64,000 nucleotides of DNA from assembly GCA_036675265.1 (NCBI GenBank), contig JAKFFJ010000016.1, positions 125 through 64,124 on the forward strand, read 5' to 3'. The notes under the pieces are model-generated. The model was not told where the DNA came from and searched no databases. It saw only the letters and a list, made by a program, of their open reading frames with translations. Below are positions 59,301 to 64,000 of this stretch, piece after piece (within the stretch, counting starts at the first letter, position 1; every line of letters starts with the position of its first letter). The translations under genes and the position numbers were made by a program. The DNA is from Luteimonas sp. GTDB lineage: Bacteria; Pseudomonadota; Gammaproteobacteria; Xanthomonadales; Xanthomonadaceae.

Positions 59301-59864
59301 CGCGGCAGCGACGGCACGGCGCTTCCGGTCTCGGGCCTCGGCCTGGACCGGACCATCACCATGCCGGTCGACAGTTCGGTCGCCTGCACATGGACCAACA
59401 CACTCTCGGTGCCGTTGACGGTGGTCACCGTGACCACGGTGCACTCCGACCCGTTGAACGGGACGGTGAACCCCAAGGCCGTGCCCGGCGCACTCGTGAC
59501 CCACCAGCTCCAGGTGATCAATCCCGCGCCGGTCGCGGTCGATGCCGACACCGTGGTGGTGACCCACGCGGTTCCGGCGGGCGCCGGCCTGTTCGTCGGC
59601 GACCTGGGGGCCGTGGGCTCGGGGCCGGTGTCGTTCGCGGACGGCGTGCCCGCGAGTGGCCTGGCCTACGTGTTCGTGGCGCTCGGGGACGCCGGCGACG
59701 ACGTGTCGTTCTCGGCCGACAACGGCGCGACGTTCGGATACGTGCCGACGCCCGACGCCAACGGGGTCGATGCGTCCGTGACCCACCTCCGGGTGAATCC
59801 GGGAGGCGTCTTCGCCGCGGACGGCGGCACCTTCCAGCTGCAGTACCGCGTCAGGGTGGAGTAA
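53394..59864 (+). CDS. Giant modular secreted protein (about 2156 aa) built of repeated beta-sandwich/DUF11 modules; candidate adhesin
   Basis: The GTG start overlaps the stop of the preceding gene (GTGA). Signal peptide VRAFRPGVACVAWLVALLVALGAATDAHA. There are three full modules of about 532-542 aa and a fourth half module, each with TDTLPAGL.FVSGTGTGWSC...VTCT DUF11 motifs. A unique roughly 260-aa C-terminal region ends in a DUF11-like domain. Confidence 0.8.
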   Translation: MRAFRPGVACVAWLVALLVALGAATDAHAAIKTVYVHDDGTLTRTPQAAVATAGIVPIDSKGDFNDWVLAPPVAAGKSLVLSPGNINATLVVSSSAPVTARVELWDGAPGAVGSTLLAATAADVAVNSTTPVSTTFVMPLAGAATIAAGRPLGLRVINTLGQGGSKTLTVHQYGAGVRSTIAFATSTFVNVDSVAIHSAVYPGAATKSAYARNNSVYVRAVASDPFGSADISGATLTLTDPGGTVRVAGAAMPQVADSGVATRTYEYTYVLPSTAPFGQWTATVTASEGTEGTVTHAGNATFQVALASLSITKSHTGNFTAGTNGTYSIVVQNNGGTVTGPTTVTDTLPAGLTFVSGTGTGWSCGAAGQAVTCTNGATIANATSLPTLNLTVAVAGSAPSSVSSLANVSNPNVNGGASVSSNTDTTVVVHPDLSNSATAVLDLNGGDAEPGDVLRYTVSLVESAGGPATSIGVTDDMPAGITGFTVVSTPPGSTNASTGGGGANATGRLDVTGISVPASGTATIVFDITVGAGAAAGFTIDTAPIAANPNGPGGTATAPTVTVSQSQVAASGNKLLYVYDNLSLTRTPQPAATTAGVQIASGGTSNWTLAPPIPAGETLVLPAGDIGVNLVTSSTNGKSATVTVALFDGATQVGPTATQIFSSTVPTLRTFTIALPAQYTLAAGAQLVLRVTNTTGGNVPVAVSQYDGVRSDIKFATSTVVNVDSVNLYSSAFPGTTTKPFYAANDVLYVRAVVSDPFGSADIGGASIRLLDGNGVVQLAPAEMTMVADSGANARTYEYQFTLPSNAMVGFWTATVTGREGTEGTITHLVNRSFGVGVAQLTLAMSHAGDFVAGTNGSYTLVVHNNGDPVSGTTTVTDTLPAGLSFVSGTGTGWSCSAAGQVVTCTNATALPTDGDLPPLALVVAVAGSAPATVNNVASVANAGVDGGNPQNSNTDATTILHPDLSTSTLSVLDLNGGDANPGDVLRYTIDLHETAGAAVAGVGATVQVPAGVAGFTVVDVPAGSTDASVASGGANGTGLLDITGIALSPDASDTIAFEVTIGAGATPGATLDATAIVANPNGPGATAAASTITVSQSQVAASGNKLLYLYDNGSLTRTPQPATNTAGVTIATGGIQNWTLAPAIPAGKSLVLDAGNVSATMVLNSSGNTVSVTAALFDGATQVGTTATQNLTSNAPTPVAFTIPLSAPYTLVAGRQLVLRVTNTSNGNRPVTVHQYSGTPSVLSFSTATVVNVDTVAIYAAPYPATTTKAFYAANDILYVRAVVSDPFGSADVGGATVSLATNAGAPMLSAAAMTQVADSGVATRTYERAYTVPVGAAVGFWTASVTGREGTEGTVTHTGNTSFGIGVAQLTLAKSHVGDFTAGANGSWSLVAHNNGSAVSGTTTIVDTLPAGLSFVSGTGTGWSCGAAGQVVTCTTTTGIPTGADLPTLTLTVAVGGSAPASVANVATISNPGVDGGNPQNSNADSTTIRHPDLSTSTLAVQDLNGGDANPGDTLRYTVDLVESATAAATGVAVTSDMPAGVQGFTVVSIPAGATNASLPTGGANGTGRLDITGVTVAAGASASVVFDVVVGAGATPGTAINGAAGIANPNGPGASPIASTIIVSQSQVAASGNKLLYLYDNATLTRTPQVALDTGGVAIATGGTQDWTLSPAIPAGKSLELSAGNVTATLVVDTANQQATVTARLFHGATQVGTTGSQTFTANGASPRIFTIALAAPYTVPAGAQLVLRVGTTGAAATVHQYRGAPSTLSFATTTVVNVDSVAVHSEAYPAATTAPFLVHGNTAYIRAVVSDPFGSADVGGANITLTDPGGTVRVNNVAMTQVADSGVATRTYEYQYNIPPGAQLGSWTAGVVAREGTEGTVTHSGNAAFAVQGTISAGMTWVDANAGDSVALTVAGGTGAVAGSSTAPSTTTPASGTSTAGATITLSQAFTVGSAGSYSLTLTCTRGSDGTALPVSGLGLDRTITMPVDSSVACTWTNTLSVPLTVVTVTTVHSDPLNGTVNPKAVPGALVTHQLQVINPAPVAVDADTVVVTHAVPAGAGLFVGDLGAVGSGPVSFADGVPASGLAYVFVALGDAGDDVSFSADNGATFGYVPTPDANGVDASVTHLRVNPGGVFAADGGTFQLQYRVRVE
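53487..59089 (+). repeat. Diverged tandem coding repeats, period about 1.6 kb (3.5 copies)
   Basis: The anchor codon (K of AIKTVY/GNKLLY) recurs at 53487, 55113, 56709 and 58302, giving periods of 1626, 1596 and 1593 nt, all multiples of 3. By eye the copies are roughly 70-85% identical at DNA level. Confidence 0.85.
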
Positions 59865-59870
59865 GGCGCT

Positions 59871-60461
59871 TCACTGCAACAGCGAGCGCAGCATCCAGGC
59901 AGCCTTCTCGTGGGTCTGCAGGCGCTGGGTCATCAGGTCCTCGGTCGGGTCGTCCTCGGCGGCGTCGGCGATCTCGAGCACCCTGCGCGCGGACCGGCAC
60001 ACCGCCTCGTTGCCGACCACCAGCTGGCGCACCATCTCCCGCCAGTCCGCGGCGTCGGGCATGCCCGGTTCCTCCGGAATGGACGAAAGCCGGATGAACT
60101 CCGCGTACGACCCTGGTGCGTTGTAGCCCAGCGCGCGGATCCGCTCGGCAATCTCGTCGAGCGCGCCCCACTGCTCGGTGTACTGGGCCTCGAACATGAC
60201 GTGCAGGGCATTGAACATCGGCCCGGTCACGTTCCAGTGGAAGTTGTGGGTCTTCAGGTACAGGGTGAAGCTGTCGGACAGGAACACCGACAGGGCCTGG
60301 GCGATCCGGCGGCGGTCGCCATCCGCGATGCCGATGTCGATGGCCGGCGCCGACGAACCCGCGGCCGGCGATGCCGCCGGCGTGTTGCGCGCCGTCCCCG
60401 AAGGCTTCGCGGACTTCGCCCGGTGCGTCGTCTTGCGTGGCTTGGCGGTCTTCTTGGCCAT
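59871..60461 (-). CDS. dps: Dps family DNA-protecting ferritin-like protein with extended Lys-rich N-terminal tail
   Basis: LYLKTHNFHWNVTGPMFNALHVMFEAQY and DEIAERIRALG ferroxidase-site motifs. About 45-aa N-terminal MAKKTAKPRKTTHRAKSAKPSG... tail. Confidence 0.92.
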   Translation of the reverse strand: MAKKTAKPRKTTHRAKSAKPSGTARNTPAASPAAGSSAPAIDIGIADGDRRRIAQALSVFLSDSFTLYLKTHNFHWNVTGPMFNALHVMFEAQYTEQWGALDEIAERIRALGYNAPGSYAEFIRLSSIPEEPGMPDAADWREMVRQLVVGNEAVCRSARRVLEIADAAEDDPTEDLMTQRLQTHEKAAWMLRSLLQ

Positions 60462-60505
60462 GCTGCTGCTCCTGTGGTTGCGGGTTTCCCGGGTCCGTTA
60501 CGGTG

Positions 60506-60534
60506 ACAATACGCCGCCGCCGTGCCCTTTTGAA
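60506..60534 (-). promoter_or_regulatory. Candidate sigma70 promoter of dps
   Basis: The minus strand reads TTCAAA-N17-TATTGT, about 45 nt upstream of the dps ATG. Confidence 0.3.
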
Positions 60535-60560
60535 ATGGATTATTCCTGCCGGATCGATCG

Positions 60561-63500
60561 ATGACGCCTATCGACAAACCCCTGGTCGACCCCGGGCTGC
60601 CGATCGCCGCGGAAGCCGATCGCATTGTCGCGTTGCTGCGTGAGCACCAGGTCGTGGTGGTCGCCGGCGAGACCGGCTCTGGCAAGACCACGCAGTTGCC
60701 GAAGTTGTGCCTCGCGGCGGGCCGCGGCGTCGCGGGCATGATCGGCTGCACCCAGCCGCGGCGGATCGCGGCGCGCGCGGTCGCTCGGCGCGTGGCCGAG
60801 GAACTGCAGGTCCCGCTGGGCGGCATGGTCGGCTACCAGGTGCGCTTCAACGAGGCGGTGGGCGAGCAGACGGCGATCAAGTTCATGACCGACGGCATCC
60901 TGCTGGCCGAGATCCAGTCCGATCGCCGGCTGTCGCGCTACGACACGATCATCGTCGACGAGGCGCACGAACGCAGCCTCAACATCGACTTCCTGCTGGG
61001 GTACCTCAAGCAGTTGCTGCAGCGGCGGCGCGACCTGAAGGTGGTCGTGACCTCCGCCACCATCGACACCGAACGGTTCTCGGCGCACTTCGGTGGCGCG
61101 CCCGTGGTCGATGTCGAAGGACGCGGCTACCCGGTCGAAGTGCGCTACCGTCCGCTGGACGAATTGCGCGCCGATGACGAAGGCACCGGCGCCGCCTCGG
61201 TGGTCGACGGGATCGTGGCGGCCTGCGACGAGATCGCGCGCGACCGCGGCGGCGGCGACACGCTGGTGTTCCTGCCGGGCGAGCGCGAGATCCGCGACGC
61301 GCACCAGGCGCTGGAGCGGCGGAAGTACCGGCACACCGAGGTGTTGCCGCTGTACGCGCGGCTCTCGGCGCGCGACCAGGACCGCGTCTTCAACCCCGGG
61401 CCGCAGCGGCGCATCGTGCTGGCCACCAACGTGGCGGAGACCTCGCTGACCGTGCCGCGCATCCATTACGTGGTCGATCCCGGCCTGGCGCGCATCAAGC
61501 GCTACAGCCCGCGGGGCAAGCTGGACCGGCTGCATGTCGAACCGATCAGCCAGGCCAGCGCCGACCAGCGCAAGGGCCGGTGCGGGCGCATCGCGCCTGG
61601 CACCTGCTATCGCCTGTATTCCGAGGCGGATTTCGAGTCGCGCCAGCCGTACACGGATCCCGAGATCCGCCGCGCCGCCCTGGGCGGGGTGATCCTGCGC
61701 ATGCTCGCGCTGCGCTTGGGCAGAGTCGAGGACTTCCCGTTCCTGGAGCCCCCGGACCCGCGCGCGATCGCCGACGGCTGGCAGACGCTCGCCGAGCTCG
61801 GCGCGGTGGACGCCGACCGCAGGCTCACCGACATCGGCCGGACGATGGCGCGGATGCCGGTCGACGTGAAGCTCGCCCGCATGCTCGTCGCCGCCAACGG
61901 CCACGGCTGCCTGCGCGAGATGCTGGTCATCGCCGCGTTCCTCGGCATCCAGGACCCGCGCGAGCGCCCGGCGGACCAGCGCGGCGCGGCGGACAACGCG
62001 CATGCGCTGTTCGCGGATCCGAAGTCGGAGTTCGCCGGCATCCTCAAGCTGTGGGACGCGTACCGCGAGGCGCACGAGGCGCGGACCCAGTCGCAGTTGC
62101 GCAAGTGGGCGGGCCAGCATTTCCTCGGGTTCCTGCGGCTGCGCGAATGGCGCGAGCTGCATCGCCAGCTGAAGCTGATCACCGAGGGGCTGGGGTGGAC
62201 CACGTCATTCCCCCGCGACTCGTCATTCCCGCGCGACTCGTCATTCCCGCGCGACTCGTCATTCCCGCGAAGGCGGGAATCGAGCGATTCGCCAGCCGTG
62301 GATTCCCGCCTTCGCGGGAATGACGGACCGTACGCACGCCTGCACCGCGCGCTGATTGCCGGCCTGCCGACCCATATCGGCAACCGCGACCGGAACGCCG
62401 ATCGCAGGGCCGGCATCGTCTTCGAAGGGCCACGCGGCCGGCGCTTCAAGCTCTTCCCCGGCTCGCCGCTGGCGCGCAAGCCGCCGGCGTGGGTGCTCGC
62501 GGCCACGCTGCTCGATACCGAGCAGGTGTGGGGCCTGACCAACGCGGCAATCGAGCCGGACTGGGCCATCGCGGAGTTGCCGCACCTGCTCACGCGCCGC
62601 CACCACGATCCCAGGTGGGCGCGGTCGCAGGGGCGGGTGGTGGGCAGCGAGCAGGTGTCGCTGTTCGGGCTGGTGCTGGCGCCGAAGCGACCCGTGCACT
62701 ACGGCGCGCTGTACCCGGAGGAGTCGCGTGCGATCTTCGTGCGCGATGCGCTGGTAACCGGCGAGATCAACACGCGCAGCGTGTTCCTGGCGCGCAACCT
62801 CGCGACGCTCGGCGACGCGAAACAGGAAGAGGCACGCCAGCGTCGCGCGGGCCTGGTGGTCGACGAGGCGTGGCAGGCGCAGTGGTACCTGGACCGGTTG
62901 CCCGCGCACGTGCACAACGCCCAGGCGCTGGACGCCTGGTACGCGAAGCTGCCGCCGAAGGAACGCAAGGCGCTGGAATGGTCGCGCGACGACCTGCTGG
63001 TCGGCGACGAGAGCGATGCCGCGCGGTTCCCGGCCTTCCTGCCGCTCGGCGAGGCGCGGCTGCCGGTCACCTACCGGTTCGATCCCGGCGCGCCGGACGA
63101 CGGCATGACCGTGACGGTGCCGCTGCACCTGCTCAACGCGCTGGACGAGGTACGGCTGGGTTGGCTGGCCCCGGGATTCGTCGCGGAGAAGGCGACAGCG
63201 CTCATCCGCTCGCTGCCCAAGGCGCTGCGGCGCAACTTCGTGCCCGCGCCCGACTTCGCGAAGGCCTTTGCCGAAGCCTGGGCGCAACCCGGGCCGGACC
63301 CGCTGGAAGGCACGCTGGCGCGGTTCCTGCACAAGGCGACAGGCGTGCCCTTGCCGCCCACGGACTTCGACGCGCAGGGCCTCGACGCGCACCTGCGCGC
63401 CAACGTGCGGTTGCTCGATCGCGACGGCCGCACCGTGCTTGCCGAGTCGCGGGACCTGGGGGAACTGCGCGGGCGTTTTGGTGCACTGGCTGCTGCGGCC

Positions 63501-64000
63501 TTCGCCGCGCGCGCCGCCGAAGGCCTGGCCGGCGCCGGCATGACGACGTTCCCGGAAGCGCCGATTCCCGAAACCGTGCGTGGCGCCGGCGGCCTGCCAG
63601 CCTGGCCCGCGCTGCACGACGACGGCGACAGTGTGTCGCTGCAGGTGCACGCGGAAGCCGCGAAGGCCGCGGCCGCGCACCCCTCCGGGGTCAGGCGCCT
63701 GCTGCGGATCGCGCTTGCCGATCGGCTGCGCCAGGCACGCAGGCAACTGCCGGTCCAGCCGAAGACCGCCCTGCTGTACGCGGCGATCGAATCGGCCGCG
63801 GAGCCCGACGCGCGGCGCGACGGCGACCGGTTGCGGGAGGACCTGGTGGAGGGCGCGTTCATGGCGCTCGTCCACCTGCCCGCGTTGGCCGAGGTGCGGG
63901 ATGCCGACGCGTTTTCCGCGCACCGCGAAACGATCGGGCGCGCACTGTTCCCTGAATCGATGGCCCGCCTGCGGCAGGCCGAGGCGATCCTCGGGCTGGT
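60561..64000 (+). CDS. hrpA: ATP-dependent RNA helicase HrpA (5' part, continues beyond the window end)
   Basis: MTPIDKPLVDPGLPIAAEADRI...VVAGETGSGKTTQLPK, DEAHERS, SATID, QRKGRCGR. The frame is open from 60561 to the window end. Not in the ORF track because no stop lies inside the window. Confidence 0.95.
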   Translation, partial: MTPIDKPLVDPGLPIAAEADRIVALLREHQVVVVAGETGSGKTTQLPKLCLAAGRGVAGMIGCTQPRRIAARAVARRVAEELQVPLGGMVGYQVRFNEAVGEQTAIKFMTDGILLAEIQSDRRLSRYDTIIVDEAHERSLNIDFLLGYLKQLLQRRRDLKVVVTSATIDTERFSAHFGGAPVVDVEGRGYPVEVRYRPLDELRADDEGTGAASVVDGIVAACDEIARDRGGGDTLVFLPGEREIRDAHQALERRKYRHTEVLPLYARLSARDQDRVFNPGPQRRIVLATNVAETSLTVPRIHYVVDPGLARIKRYSPRGKLDRLHVEPISQASADQRKGRCGRIAPGTCYRLYSEADFESRQPYTDPEIRRAALGGVILRMLALRLGRVEDFPFLEPPDPRAIADGWQTLAELGAVDADRRLTDIGRTMARMPVDVKLARMLVAANGHGCLREMLVIAAFLGIQDPRERPADQRGAADNAHALFADPKSEFAGILKLWDAYREAHEARTQSQLRKWAGQHFLGFLRLREWRELHRQLKLITEGLGWTTSFPRDSSFPRDSSFPRDSSFPRRRESSDSPAVDSRLRGNDGPYARLHRALIAGLPTHIGNRDRNADRRAGIVFEGPRGRRFKLFPGSPLARKPPAWVLAATLLDTEQVWGLTNAAIEPDWAIAELPHLLTRRHHDPRWARSQGRVVGSEQVSLFGLVLAPKRPVHYGALYPEESRAIFVRDALVTGEINTRSVFLARNLATLGDAKQEEARQRRAGLVVDEAWQAQWYLDRLPAHVHNAQALDAWYAKLPPKERKALEWSRDDLLVGDESDAARFPAFLPLGEARLPVTYRFDPGAPDDGMTVTVPLHLLNALDEVRLGWLAPGFVAEKATALIRSLPKALRRNFVPAPDFAKAFAEAWAQPGPDPLEGTLARFLHKATGVPLPPTDFDAQGLDAHLRANVRLLDRDGRTVLAESRDLGELRGRFGALAAAAFAARAAEGLAGAGMTTFPEAPIPETVRGAGGLPAWPALHDDGDSVSLQVHAEAAKAAAAHPSGVRRLLRIALADRLRQARRQLPVQPKTALLYAAIESAAEPDARRDGDRLREDLVEGAFMALVHLPALAEVRDADAFSAHRETIGRALFPESMARLRQAEAILGL
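62204..62324. repeat. Composite repeat inside hrpA: 18-nt tandem repeat (3.6 copies) fused to a 24-bp-arm inverted repeat (REP/MITE-like)
   Basis: GTCATTCCCGCGCGACTC is repeated from 62204. Then GTCATTCCCGCGAAGGCGGGAATC (62258..62281) and its exact reverse complement GATTCCCGCCTTCGCGGGAATGAC (62301..62324) follow, separated by 19 nt. The whole element is read in frame as SFPRDS x3 ...RRRESSDSPAVDSRLRGND. Confidence 0.8.

Noticed and set aside
61550-61590. Apparent +1 frameshift in hrpA near the QRKGRCGR motif, since ORF-track entry 61580..62323 lies in another frame
   Set aside because: It was my own off-by-one counting error. On recount the hrpA frame set by the ATG at 60561 is continuous through SQASADQRKGRCGR and on to the window end. 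The 61580 ORF is an alternative-frame artefact that ends in the REP element.
62204-62269. Short regularly repeated 18-mers considered as a possible mini CRISPR array
   Set aside because: The repeats are directly adjacent with no spacers, lie inside an open hrpA frame, and no cas genes are nearby. This is a tandem repeat, not CRISPR.

Overview
High-GC (about 68-70%) gammaproteobacterial chromosome segment. Gene order suggests Xanthomonadaceae/Lysobacteraceae, which is an inference from synteny only. About 70% of the window is densely packed core genes. These are a pilA-pilR-pilS type IV pilus locus with three glycosyltransferase genes downstream of pilA, then sucCD, nadE, bamD, rluD-pgeF, an otsB-GH15-otsA trehalose cluster and clpB. 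They continue with a YbaL-like K+ antiporter, the ABC-F gene yheS, aspS, yebC-ruvC-ruvA-(kup)-ruvB, ybgC-tolQRA-tolB-pal-cpoB, queE-queC and one tRNA-Lys(UUU). Beyond the tRNA lie a secreted beta-propeller protein, recQ, a 13.5 kb four-gene cluster (46.3-59.9 kb), dps, and the 5' 3.4 kb of hrpA. The four-gene cluster encodes two small secreted DUF11-type proteins, a 1781-aa protein with N-terminal Ig-like domains and a roughly 900-aa C-terminal beta-barrel-like region, and a 2156-aa protein built of about 1.6 kb diverged tandem modules. I see no recognisable secretion or assembly partner nearby, so this is my main candidate for an undescribed surface fibre or adhesin assembly system. Secondary observations are two families of REP-like palindromic elements inserted in frame inside conserved genes (yheS and hrpA), a REP-filled spacer with kup splitting ruvA from ruvB, and a likely pilin-glycosylation module. 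All calls come from reading the translations and motifs by eye; no database search was run. Many very long antisense ORFs in the track are GC-driven artefacts and were rejected.
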